A DNA stretch of 36,427 bases, taken from positions 1-36,427 of the IMG/VR virus record IMGVR_UViG_3300005613_000203. One strand, 5' to 3'. Positions 17,272-25,995 of the stretch are shown here, piece by piece (position 1 is the stretch's first letter; the number at the start of each line of letters is the position of its first letter). The notes under the pieces were generated by a model that was not told the DNA's origin, searched no databases, and was given only the letters and a program-made list of their open reading frames with translations. Source of the stretch: a virus. The position numbers and the translations under genes are program-made.

Positions 17272-17972
17272 TATTTTCCTAACAATCCTAAAAGGGGTAA
17301 CGCTGACAATAACCCTTGTGCTCCACCTTCAAGAACACCTGGCTGACGTTGCTGATACGTCGTGTCAAACTGAGGTGTTAATCCCAATCCGAGCAAACTC
17401 ATTAACATTTTTTGTTGATCCATTCCATATTGTGCTTTTTGTGCAGCAAGCCCTTGCTCTAATCCAGCACCAGCTGAACCAAGCGCCTGTCCAAACCCTG
17501 AAGAAGCTAATCTCGTACCAGAACCACCCATTTGTGTAAAACGTTCGGCAAGACCCGGAACTGTTTGTTGCTGGAACTGAGTGCGCGCTTGTTGCGCAAT
17601 AGGCTCAAAATCCATCCCCTGGCCAAGACCTTTTCCACTTAAGGCTTGCTGTAATATTTGGCTAAAAGCGTTTTGCTGCTGTTGATTAAACCGAGGAACT
17701 TGCATAGTTTGTGCAGGCGATCCTCCAAGGACCTCTCCTGCTGAAGTGCCTCTTCCTAATAATCCAGAAAGACCTGCAAGTCCAAGAGCACCTGCGCCCA
17801 TTCCAAGCATGGGGGATAAAGATCCTAACATAGGAGCTAAACTTCTAAGAAATCCGCTCATTCCTCCGCCTGATGAGGCACCTGAAGACAGGCTTTCTCC
17901 TAAGTTAGCAATAGGATACGGTGTGATTCCTTGCGCTCCCTGTTGTAGATTATAATTCATAAATCTCTCCAA
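17271..17972 (-). CDS. Low-complexity Gly/Leu/Gln/Ser-rich internal virion-like protein
   Basis: 233-aa ORF with a start/stop overlap to the downstream gene. Composition is typical of ejection or internal core proteins. Confidence 0.4.
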   Translation of the reverse strand: MERFMNYNLQQGAQGITPYPIANLGESLSSGASSGGGMSGFLRSLAPMLGSLSPMLGMGAGALGLAGLSGLLGRGTSAGEVLGGSPAQTMQVPRFNQQQQNAFSQILQQALSGKGLGQGMDFEPIAQQARTQFQQQTVPGLAERFTQMGGSGTRLASSGFGQALGSAGAGLEQGLAAQKAQYGMDQQKMLMSLLGLGLTPQFDTTYQQRQPGVLEGGAQGLLSALPLLGLLGK

Positions 17973-17995
17973 TATAGTTAACTATTGCCATCAGA

Positions 17996-18541
17996 CTAAC
18001 TTGACTGCTTCAAATACTCAATAATAATCCATGTGGTCGTATATGCACTATAATCTATAGCTGTTTTAATGTTTATATTGGTCACATCAACCCATAATTC
18101 AATCGAATTTGCTGCTGTAGTTGATGCGTATGGCACCGGAAGATACTCTTTCGTGGTAGGTTTCGTAGCTGCCCCATAAATACGAGTAAAATTAAAGTTA
18201 TCTGTGATGGTTAAACCATGAGCAACTGTTTTTGTTGTGGTATTTGGCAATGCACCAAACTTGATAACTTTTCTAAACGCTTGAATTCCCTCTTGTGAGT
18301 TGGAAGTTCCAACAGGAGCCGGGAAAACCTGCCCATTTACAAACTCTTCTTCAACATAATAGCCGCTATCTTTCTTGTTGAGTGCAAGCGCTATATTATT
18401 GACGTTTTGATAAAGCCGAACTAAAAGCTCTTTAAACGAGTCACTTTTTACATCAACATCACGTAACTGATCAAGTTCAAATACAGATGTGGTTGGTATA
18501 AATAATCCGGGGTTAGACTGTGCATTCCATGACATGGGCAC
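17996..18541 (-). CDS. Virion structural protein (tail-associated, fibre-like beta domain)
   Basis: 181 aa. Pattern ...FGALPNTTTKTVAHGL...IYGAA...YLPVPYAS...IELWVD.TNI.I... recurs in phage tail and fibre proteins. Confidence 0.4.
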   Translation of the reverse strand: MPMSWNAQSNPGLFIPTTSVFELDQLRDVDVKSDSFKELLVRLYQNVNNIALALNKKDSGYYVEEEFVNGQVFPAPVGTSNSQEGIQAFRKVIKFGALPNTTTKTVAHGLTITDNFNFTRIYGAATKPTTKEYLPVPYASTTAANSIELWVDVTNINIKTAIDYSAYTTTWIIIEYLKQSS

Positions 18542-18547
18542 CCTTTC

Positions 18548-19081
18548 TCAGTCGGTATAGTGCATTGCTAACGTTGCCGCAATACCCAGAATGGCTGTAA
18601 CCGTGCTGCTTGCAATTGCGTAATACGCCGCTTTTGTTTTAGAGACGCGAGCTTCGGCCTCTTCCCTACTCTCTTGAGCTTCAGATTCGGCCGTTGCTAA
18701 CGCGTCTGTCGTTGCCCTCAAAAGCAACTCCTGTAAGTATCTCTTTAAATAATCATCGTCAAGGCTTTGACCATGAAAGCTTTCTATTGCCCTCAAATTC
18801 TCCCTCTCGTGAACGTTTGGAGACTCAAGAGCTGTTCGTATATGCTGGCACAAAAAGTTGCGCACACGCGATGCTTGTGGTGAATCTGTTATTGAAAATG
18901 ATTGGAATGCGAGTGTACAGATATGGTCGGCGCAATCTTCTTCAACAAAGACTAATGAAGATCTTCTGCGTTGATGGCGAGGAATGATAATCGTAAGATT
19001 TTCTGGTGATTCTCCACTCTCAATATCTTTTTCCATTGGATAGATCAGTGAGGTGATAAGAATAAGGCATAAGATCTTCAT
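18548..19081 (-). CDS. Membrane protein with N-terminal signal/anchor and C-terminal TM segment
   Basis: MKILCLILITSLIYP at the N-terminus, a helical acidic middle, and AAYYAIASSTVTAILGIAATLAM at the C-terminus. No lipobox. Confidence 0.5.
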   Translation of the reverse strand: MKILCLILITSLIYPMEKDIESGESPENLTIIIPRHQRRRSSLVFVEEDCADHICTLAFQSFSITDSPQASRVRNFLCQHIRTALESPNVHERENLRAIESFHGQSLDDDYLKRYLQELLLRATTDALATAESEAQESREEAEARVSKTKAAYYAIASSTVTAILGIAATLAMHYTD

Positions 19082-19093
19082 ACGCGTTCCTCT

Positions 19094-21259
19094 TTATCCT
19101 TGTAGTTGCATTGTTGTAGGCTGACATAAAAATATCAGTGCATGCAATGTAAATGGTAGACCTGCACGGTTAACCATCTGATCAGGAGAATAATAGATGC
19201 GCAATTGGATACATTCTCCTTCGGCTTGTGTATACATAGAATGCCATACGCGCTCTTGCATCTCTTCAAAAGGAGCTAATGCGTATGCATCAAGCTCAAG
19301 AGTGCTGCTTCCAATAAGAGTTCCTGTTATATCTCCTTCTGCCATCATCGAAAAACCGTACGCACTTGAAATATAGTAATCTATGGTTATTTGACCGTTT
19401 GTGATTTTATCAACTAAAAATGCTATCTGAGACAGGTACATATTACGGTTTTTATCGACATAGAAATTGTATTCTTTGGTGCGAATATCTATCTTGCTGA
19501 CACGAGCCAGTGTAAGACCTCCGTTATAAACTGCACCGTAGCTAATACCAAGTTTGACGGTATCTTTATCTACAACTTCTGTAACCCGTAATGCGGTTCC
19601 AGCCCCGTCAAAATTAACGTAATCATTTTCTTTAAGGTTATGATCTATCACCGTATAGGTATAGGCTCCGTCATTATTTGTTACTTGCAGCGATGCGGAG
19701 TTATACGATACGTCAGGGCGCACGATAACAATCCATCCTTGCTGATTACCTGCAACAATGGCGAGTCTTCTTCCAATCAGACCGCTATAAATACCGCCCC
19801 ATGCCCAACTTGCAGAGCCCCATGTCATATCAGCATCGCCCCACGTCAAGCCAGGAGTATCATCAGAAAGTTGATAGTATCCAAACGTAGTAAATGAATC
19901 ATGATTGATAGCCCATGAATTGTTCATGTAGTTATAAACAAGTACTTTGTCACAGTAAGGATTATTTGATGTGCGCGTATTAGAAGGAATAGTCCAATAT
20001 ACCATTTCTGTTTCATAGTCACGGATGCCTGCGACTCTATCGACCGCTTGATTCTGATTATGAATACTAAAAACGAGGTCAGGTATCTTGTTGTCTATTC
20101 TGTCCACATTGGTACCGGTACATGCATGAATACCTGAGTTGCCAAGTCCAAGTACTACCTTGTCAAATGGAACTTGAGAGAATGTGGATTCAGCACCAAG
20201 TTCAGTATTAATTTTTTGCCATACGAATGGTTGAATTTGGTTGCCCGTATAAACGAGTTCCCATGTTGACCGCTCAAAATATACAATTAAGCGATCTTTA
20301 AGTATCTGTGCGGTAACAATTGATTCCGATGTGGCAGCATCAACAAATCCGCCTTTGCCGGGAACACTTACATTCCACGCATCAACCGCTAATGGACCAT
20401 CTGTGCCACAGTAACGACATCGATTCGGATATAAAACTCCCGTAACATTCTTAACGGTTTCTTTGGTGTTAAGTAAGACAAGTCGATTTTTAAATGGAAG
20501 GATAATGCGCGCTGTTTCAACGATATTGGTAGTAGCAGGTGTTGTTGTAGCAGTTGTTAAAAGGGGACTCGTCCACGTTGTATCATTCAAGTAACTAATG
20601 GCGTCTTTATTATTTGTGACCCATAAATCATTAATATTAGCGGTGCTACCGTAATAATTTGTACACCAGAAATAGTTTGTATTATTGCCGCTCCATGTTG
20701 CCAGTCCCAGTTGCTCCCAATAATTTGTTGTTACATCAAAGTAATATGAAAACTGTGTATCGAATGCGACAGTAAGCTCGTTATTAACTGCAAGTTTTTC
20801 GTACTGAGTGATTCCCATGATAGGTTCAGCGGGATAAAAATAAACCGCTGTGGCAGGATTTTCTGTATTTCCGGTAATAACAACTTGTCCTGTTGTTGTA
20901 TCATACGTTCCCGTTGCAGTTCCTGTTGAAAGCATAGCTGCGGGCGTTCCTGTTTGATATACGGTAAAGATCGTCGAACCGATAGAAAACATCTGCCCTT
21001 CTTTAAAGATTGATCCGGGAACAGTTGCCGTAAAATTTCCTGAAACTGCAGCAGTTGTTCCTATATTTATACGCACACGAGAATTAAGCTGTGTCTCACC
21101 CATCAGGGTAGATCCAAATCGTTTCTTGACGCGCCCTCTAAATACGTATGCATTTTCAAGTCTGGCAAACGCATTATCTGGCAAAAGCCATGGCCTTAGA
21201 TTGGTCTGAAGACCTGAATTATTATCGGCATAACCGATCAAAAAACGATCTTTTGCCAT
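19094..21259 (-). CDS. Large tail structural protein (tail tubular B / nozzle-like)
   Basis: 721 aa. N-terminus ...LRPWLLPDNAFARLENAYVFRGRVKKRFG. Size and position after the capsid module. Confidence 0.4.
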   Translation of the reverse strand: MAKDRFLIGYADNNSGLQTNLRPWLLPDNAFARLENAYVFRGRVKKRFGSTLMGETQLNSRVRINIGTTAAVSGNFTATVPGSIFKEGQMFSIGSTIFTVYQTGTPAAMLSTGTATGTYDTTTGQVVITGNTENPATAVYFYPAEPIMGITQYEKLAVNNELTVAFDTQFSYYFDVTTNYWEQLGLATWSGNNTNYFWCTNYYGSTANINDLWVTNNKDAISYLNDTTWTSPLLTTATTTPATTNIVETARIILPFKNRLVLLNTKETVKNVTGVLYPNRCRYCGTDGPLAVDAWNVSVPGKGGFVDAATSESIVTAQILKDRLIVYFERSTWELVYTGNQIQPFVWQKINTELGAESTFSQVPFDKVVLGLGNSGIHACTGTNVDRIDNKIPDLVFSIHNQNQAVDRVAGIRDYETEMVYWTIPSNTRTSNNPYCDKVLVYNYMNNSWAINHDSFTTFGYYQLSDDTPGLTWGDADMTWGSASWAWGGIYSGLIGRRLAIVAGNQQGWIVIVRPDVSYNSASLQVTNNDGAYTYTVIDHNLKENDYVNFDGAGTALRVTEVVDKDTVKLGISYGAVYNGGLTLARVSKIDIRTKEYNFYVDKNRNMYLSQIAFLVDKITNGQITIDYYISSAYGFSMMAEGDITGTLIGSSTLELDAYALAPFEEMQERVWHSMYTQAEGECIQLRIYYSPDQMVNRAGLPFTLHALIFLCQPTTMQLQG

Positions 21260-21260
21260 T

Positions 21261-21899
21261 TTAAACTCCGATAAGCATTACGTTGCCAACTCCAGCAGCA
21301 GCGCCCGTGGTGCTCCGTTTTGAAAAATATACTCTTACTTGTGCTGCACTAACTACATTTACAAAGCTCACACTAAAGTCTTCATCAACTCCGGATGCAT
21401 ACGTAGGACTCACAAAGGCTGCAAAAATATAAGAAAATGCGGGAAATGTAATATCAAGTGTTTTTGTTACGAGACCCGTACCTGAAACTCCTTCCCATTT
21501 TATCAGTATTCCTGATGGTAAATATGTCCATCCTGATTGATTGCTTGATGCTGTGTGATTACTGAGCCATGATGCAGTAAAAGGAACATCAGTACCAGCT
21601 GCTACCCCTTGCCGCTGCTTATGAATATAGAGCTCATTTTTATCTGTATGTCCCGAACCTGCATTAAACAAAAGACTGTAAAAACCGTTCTCATCGATTG
21701 CAAACGTCGGAGCAGCTCCTTGCACAGGCATTTCGATAACGGTGTGTTTTCCAAATCCGTCTGCATTAAATCCAACGTGATTTTCGCCAATAAGTTCATC
21801 GATTGCTTGAAAGTTGGATTGAATTATTGGTTGTGTTGTATTTATTTTATCGGATGATTGTGGAGTATTTTCGTTATAGGTATATGTGGGCATTGCCAT
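21261..21899 (-). CDS. Tail-associated structural protein (212 aa)
   Basis: ORF tightly packed between structural genes. The ...NHVGFNADGFGKHTVIEMP... motif is seen in tail and fibre proteins. Confidence 0.35.
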   Translation of the reverse strand: MAMPTYTYNENTPQSSDKINTTQPIIQSNFQAIDELIGENHVGFNADGFGKHTVIEMPVQGAAPTFAIDENGFYSLLFNAGSGHTDKNELYIHKQRQGVAAGTDVPFTASWLSNHTASSNQSGWTYLPSGILIKWEGVSGTGLVTKTLDITFPAFSYIFAAFVSPTYASGVDEDFSVSFVNVVSAAQVRVYFSKRSTTGAAAGVGNVMLIGV

Positions 21900-21910
21900 G
21901 ATTAATCTTT

Positions 21911-22960
21911 CTAGTAAAGTCCGCCACCTTCATACCATCCGCTTCCATATGCACCGGCGGTATGTGCACTATCACTATAAATGGTCGCAGTTCTTTGGCT
22001 TGTTTGCTGTACCAATGTTCTTCGTTGAATTAAGCGTTCTTGCTCTTTAAGGGCGGGCATCATGGCCTGTAGGCTTTCATAGTCACCGCGATCTTCAAAT
22101 ATTTTTTTAGCACTGGAAAATGCTATATATTGCCACCACTCTTGCAAATAAGGCTCAGTAGCAGCATCAAGAAGTTCTGTTGGTCGTTTATATACTTCAA
22201 ACTGAACTTTGTATGGTTGATCGGGCACCGGCCTAAAAGTAAAGGTATCAGCGTAAAAGAGCATCGCCATTGGCCGTGAAGGAGCGGTAAGTATTGTCTG
22301 ACTATTGATAGTTTCGCCGTCACCGGGAGCAGCAGTAAATGTCACAACGTACTGACCTGTCAAATAGTTAATATAATTATTTGCATCTTGAACAGTTGTA
22401 GAGGTCGGAGCTCCTCCTGGAACGTACAAGTTGCCGAGTGAGCCGCTAATAGGATAATCAATCATTGATAATCCGTCATAGGTAGCATCAACGGAAGAAA
22501 AGAGAACGTTATTTCTGAGTAAGATAGAGCTGCTTGTTGTGCCGCTCATATTGGTGATAGTTCCTGCGAACGCGGTGGTTACTCCATCGCCGGTTGCTTC
22601 AATAGAAGCGATGCTGTTTGTGAGTGGGTATGTACGATAAAATGAGGTTCTATCTTCATAGAACGCTGTTTCGTAGCCCGCAATATATACAGGTTGATGA
22701 ACGGTAATGTATTTATTTCTAAATTCGTAGAGAGGATTGGCTGCGTCAGTGGTGTTGGTGGTATAGGAGTCTATATAGGGATCAACATAAAAAGAGAACG
22801 TTGTTTTGAGGTTAAACAAGCGTAAATGTTCTGGAAAATCGTAGAGGACAAATGTGTTTATGTACTCATCGATTTGATCATTAGTGATTTGTGCCTCGGA
22901 TAATGATCTGGTGAGTCTGCGAATCTTGGTCCGAATCGCGCTCAGAGTAGCTTCCGCCAT
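21911..22960 (-). CDS. Virion structural protein (possible head-tail adaptor / tail tubular A-like)
   Basis: 349-aa ORF. Called from its position between the capsid-proximal and tail genes. Confidence 0.35.
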   Translation of the reverse strand: MAEATLSAIRTKIRRLTRSLSEAQITNDQIDEYINTFVLYDFPEHLRLFNLKTTFSFYVDPYIDSYTTNTTDAANPLYEFRNKYITVHQPVYIAGYETAFYEDRTSFYRTYPLTNSIASIEATGDGVTTAFAGTITNMSGTTSSSILLRNNVLFSSVDATYDGLSMIDYPISGSLGNLYVPGGAPTSTTVQDANNYINYLTGQYVVTFTAAPGDGETINSQTILTAPSRPMAMLFYADTFTFRPVPDQPYKVQFEVYKRPTELLDAATEPYLQEWWQYIAFSSAKKIFEDRGDYESLQAMMPALKEQERLIQRRTLVQQTSQRTATIYSDSAHTAGAYGSGWYEGGGLY

Positions 22961-23024
22961 AACAGTGCTCCTTATTTACTGATGCTCACCCAATCCTAAC
23001 AACTCTTTTTACCCAATTCTACTT

Positions 23025-23396
23025 TTAATATGGTAAAACGTTTCTCGTTGCGGCTGTCAGCATATCATTGTCTTGCGCAACCGGAACAACTTGAGCATAT
23101 TGTGCGTTATCGGGGGGAAGAACCGGCGCTACAAATGCGTCATAGGTTGAGGTATCGATATTGAGTGTAAATTCGGTGCTGCTGGTTACGGTTATTTCCC
23201 CTTTTTTACCGTCGAGTTGTTGCATACCAAATCCGTGAGGAATTTTGATGCGTACAACAAGGCCTGACTCATAGTCATGGTCAAAGGTGGTAGTAATTGT
23301 TACTGGGTTGCCTTGCGTTACGGCGCTTATAATACGCATTGCGGGTTGAAAGGTTGGACTTTCAAAGGCTAATATCGCCATCGGGAACCTTCTCAA
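23025..23396 (-). CDS. Small structural protein with one beta-barrel module (ITTTFDHDYESGLVVRI...GMQQLDGK...FTL)
   Basis: The same module occurs twice in 23854..24903. The start may be M6 (23381) or M20 (23339), because the annotated start overlaps the upstream gene by 35 nt. Confidence 0.45.
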   Translation of the reverse strand: MRRFPMAILAFESPTFQPAMRIISAVTQGNPVTITTTFDHDYESGLVVRIKIPHGFGMQQLDGKKGEITVTSSTEFTLNIDTSTYDAFVAPVLPPDNAQYAQVVPVAQDNDMLTAATRNVLPY

Positions 23397-23781
23397 CGGT
23401 TACAATGTCATCAACAGGTTGCATATCTTCAATATCAACAAATTCAAGACTTTGGAACGTGCAGCGATGCACTTTTTTTCCAATTTTCATGGAAGGTTTA
23501 CCTTGTTCATCAACCGCGTATTCGTGAACGGGGTACCAGCAGTTATTGTTTAAATGTTTTGCCACGCCAAGAGGAATGACGTATACGCCACCATCTATAA
23601 AATCATAGCGTTCGAGAGGATCTTCTTTATATGCTTTATACATAAAGCTCATTGATCCGCCAGGAACTTCATTAAAACGAAATATTCCGCGTACTTTTTC
23701 GCGGTCTTTGTCTCTTCGGTAACGCAATGTTTGTTTAACTTTTGCTGCTGATTCTTTTTTCAGATCTTTTATTTCTGCCAT
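23362..23781 (-). CDS. Hypothetical protein (139 aa)
   Basis: ORF following the strong hairpin at 23802..23836. No family recognised. Confidence 0.45.
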   Translation of the reverse strand: MAEIKDLKKESAAKVKQTLRYRRDKDREKVRGIFRFNEVPGGSMSFMYKAYKEDPLERYDFIDGGVYVIPLGVAKHLNNNCWYPVHEYAVDEQGKPSMKIGKKVHRCTFQSLEFVDIEDMQPVDDIVTVEKVPDGDISL

Positions 23782-23801
23782 AGGTAATACCTTTATAGAG
23801 T

Positions 23802-23836
23802 GACACCCCGGGTACAGGTGATGGACCCGGGGTGTC
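23802..23836 (-). terminator. GC-rich 12-bp perfect stem hairpin after the capsid-proximal genes
   Basis: GACACCCCGGGT-11 nt-ACCCGGGGTGTC, 18 nt downstream of the stop at 23854. No U-tract, so it may be an attenuator or RNA-stability element rather than a terminator. Confidence 0.5.
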
Positions 23837-23853
23837 GAGAGTTAGTAGTTTAC

Positions 23854-24903
23854 TTATTCTGCCAAATTGCTAAATGATTTGCCAGCGGTCCAGTAAATTA
23901 CATCGTTTGCTTGACCTGCAGGAGCGTTTATACCAGCACCTAATTTCATGCCAATGTAACCTGTATTATAGGTTGCATCTGCAAGAATATCTGTGCCAGA
24001 TGAGATTGCTTGCCCCATATCTTCACCAACAGGTATAACCTGCGCAGGTGTAAATGGAACTTCGCCTGCAGCAGGATAAGCTTGGTTAGCGCCTGCTCCA
24101 AACGTATTCCAGTTACCAAGTCCTGAAACATCAACATCAACAACGATGTTGTTTGCAGTTCCACCATTGTTAGGATCGTTACCTGCACGGGCTTCATTAA
24201 CAGCAACAACTGTCGCAATTCTATTATTGAGTTGCGCAAAATTGTTCCAAACGGAGCCAGGGAAGAGTAACCGAACTTTTTCACCAACAATGAAGCTATG
24301 CGTGACAGACATATAAATCTTGGCACGGCCAGCTGTTGCTGAAGATGATACGTAGGTGATGTAACGACGACGTGGATAGTAGAGTGATTCGTAAGGAATC
24401 TTTCTCCAGTAACCGGCAGTCGATGCAGTACTGTTTGCAAGGTTAATATTGCCAACAGTGAATGTGACACCAGCCGCAGTAACGGTGAAATCTATTCCGC
24501 ATATTTGTTCTTGATTATCAAGATCTGTAAAGCGAACGATGTCACCAACAATCAATCCGTGTCCAGCAGATGTTACAACTGGAGGATTTGCATTGGTAAG
24601 ACCGGTAAGCGCTGCACGAGCAGGAAGCGTTGTGCTGCTTGAGTCTATAAGTGTAAATCCGCCACCAGCTGCACCGAGAACTGTCATATCAATTGCTGTA
24701 GATCCAGCGTTAGATTGATATTCAAATCCGTCGCCATCTGACAATCCACGTTGCCAGTAAAACTGGTATCCTGTAGCCGCTGCATTAGCTGCTGTTTGTG
24801 TGTAGTTATATACCCACATCCAGTCAACATCTGAACGCAATGACAGAATCTTAGCAGAACCATCTGCTGTGAAATAGCCTTGTTGAATTATTGTATTATT
24901 CAT
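23854..24903 (-). CDS. Abundant-type structural protein (349 aa) directly downstream of the capsid gene (decoration or second shell/tail protein)
   Basis: Two copies of a beta module (VVTSAGHGLIVGDIVRFTDL...; SVTHSFIVGEKVRLLFPG...). RBS is CTTAAGGAAGG, as for the capsid gene. Confidence 0.45.
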   Translation of the reverse strand: MNNTIIQQGYFTADGSAKILSLRSDVDWMWVYNYTQTAANAAATGYQFYWQRGLSDGDGFEYQSNAGSTAIDMTVLGAAGGGFTLIDSSSTTLPARAALTGLTNANPPVVTSAGHGLIVGDIVRFTDLDNQEQICGIDFTVTAAGVTFTVGNINLANSTASTAGYWRKIPYESLYYPRRRYITYVSSSATAGRAKIYMSVTHSFIVGEKVRLLFPGSVWNNFAQLNNRIATVVAVNEARAGNDPNNGGTANNIVVDVDVSGLGNWNTFGAGANQAYPAAGEVPFTPAQVIPVGEDMGQAISSGTDILADATYNTGYIGMKLGAGINAPAGQANDVIYWTAGKSFSNLAE

Positions 24904-24916
24904 AATGCATCCTTCC

Positions 24917-25510
24917 TTAAGCTAATGTACAACGTAAGTTCATGATCCAAAGGTCATTCGTAATACGAGGGACCTCTGCAAACTTGTAGCCAACAGATGC
25001 ATTAAGTGCTAATGGGCCACTAAATACTGGTGGTAGATAAATGAAGCTTGCTGATGCACCATCTTGTTCGATACATGCATATGCTTCCATACCGACGCAG
25101 AAGATATTATAAACAGTCTTATTCAATAAAGATGCATTATCAGTCTTCGAACCAATTGATGACACGAGGAAACGAAGGTTTCCAATTGCGCCCCACTCAG
25201 AACGTAACGCGTTCATTGGTGATGGATACTGATTCTTTTGAATGAAACCAGCAACATTATCCAAATCTTTCGTTAAATCTGTATGAGCTAATGCAAAATA
25301 TGCATCACGAACCGGTGCGGTACCAAACTTATCTTCACCTTCGATGTTATCCATGATTGTATAGGCATCATTACCCAACAATGCACGAACAACTTCATCG
25401 CAATCATTGCGAGTCAATTCTGTTGGACTGTCGCCGTTGACACCGCCACTTGCATTAATGAAGCCAGCAGTTGCAGCTAACATATCACGTGTTAGTTGGT
25501 CTTCTGTTTG
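24917..25510 (-). CDS. Major capsid protein, exon 3 (197 aa + stop)
   Basis: QTEDQLTRDMLAATAGF...VRDAYFALAHTDLTKDL...NLRFLVSS...VYNIFCVGMEAYACIE... has an HK97-fold major capsid protein C-terminal pattern. The frame is closed by TAA 9 nt upstream of 25510. Confidence 0.75.
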   Translation of the reverse strand, partial: QTEDQLTRDMLAATAGFINASGGVNGDSPTELTRNDCDEVVRALLGNDAYTIMDNIEGEDKFGTAPVRDAYFALAHTDLTKDLDNVAGFIQKNQYPSPMNALRSEWGAIGNLRFLVSSIGSKTDNASLLNKTVYNIFCVGMEAYACIEQDGASASFIYLPPVFSGPLALNASVGYKFAEVPRITNDLWIMNLRCTLA

Positions 25511-25710
25511 CCTTTGTTACTCCCTTACGGGGGGCAAGTCATTTCTGCTTGCCTCAGAACCTTTCGTTGTTCTGACCGGACTATCACATCACCTTTTACA
25601 GTGTCTTCGGGTTTAGTCTCTCACGCTAGCTTTACCCTTGCGCCTTGTCGCCATAGCAAATGCCTTAGGCTTCCAAGTCAATTACCGAAGATTTATACTC
25701 CGCCAAATCA
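25511..25710 (-). ncRNA. Group I intron 2 (200 nt, no ORF)
   Basis: P1 pairs exon CUCCGU with GCGGAG (U.G at the splice site) and the intron ends in G. P3 is UCUUCGG/CCGAAGA. R-like GAGAGACUAAAC pairs with S-like AUAGUCC (P7). Has a CCUAAGGC-AUUU-GCUAUGG 11-nt receptor hairpin and a C-GAAA-G loop. Confidence 0.7.
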
Positions 25711-25752
25711 ACGGAGTGACACACCTAATCTCGCTGCAGCTTCATTGAGAAC
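25711..25752 (-). CDS. Major capsid protein, exon 2 (42-nt micro-exon, VLNEAAARLGVSLR)
   Basis: In frame with both flanking exons after the predicted splicing. DP-VL.E....LG continues the capsid-family pattern. Confidence 0.65.
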
Positions 25753-25995
25753 CATTCTGTTACTTTTGTGACCTATTTCTAGGCGGGTAGATCTTCTCAG
25801 CCTACCTCTCCAGGTTTCCTCTGGAGTTCAGAGTACCGCATACCTTGTTTTCAAGGCCCTTCTCGCTTACTACGTTCACCGTATATTTTTCTGGCATAAT
25901 CATCCTTTGAAAAATACTTCGGCCCTGTCGCCCTCAGCACTACCTGTTAGGGGTTCCAAGTCAATCAGAGAAGGTTTATAGACCCCATTCCTTCT
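25753..25995 (-). ncRNA. Group I intron 1 (243 nt, no ORF)
   Basis: P1 pairs exon GACCCU with GGGGUC (U.G at the splice site) and the intron ends in G. P3 is CCUUCUC/GAGAAGG. P8 is CCUUG-AAAA-CAAGG. P7 is AGUA/UACU plus G-C across a bulge. Has a CCUA-GAAA-UAGG hairpin and shares AUUGACUUGGAA with intron 2. Confidence 0.65.

Noticed and set aside
25496-25771. 91-aa plus-strand ORF inside the capsid intervening region as an intron-encoded endonuclease
   Set aside because: It is on the wrong strand relative to the introns, has no endonuclease motif (LAGLIDADG, GIY-YIG, HNH), and spans the micro-exon and both introns.
25900-25995. C-terminal 31 residues (RRNGVYKPSLIDLEPLTGSAEGDRAEVFFKG) of the 135-aa track ORF as genuine capsid sequence
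   Set aside because: Capsid-like sequence ends at ...LQNQDP. The remainder coincides with the P1-P5 region of the predicted intron, and the expected continuation (VLNEAAARLG...) is found downstream in frame after splicing.
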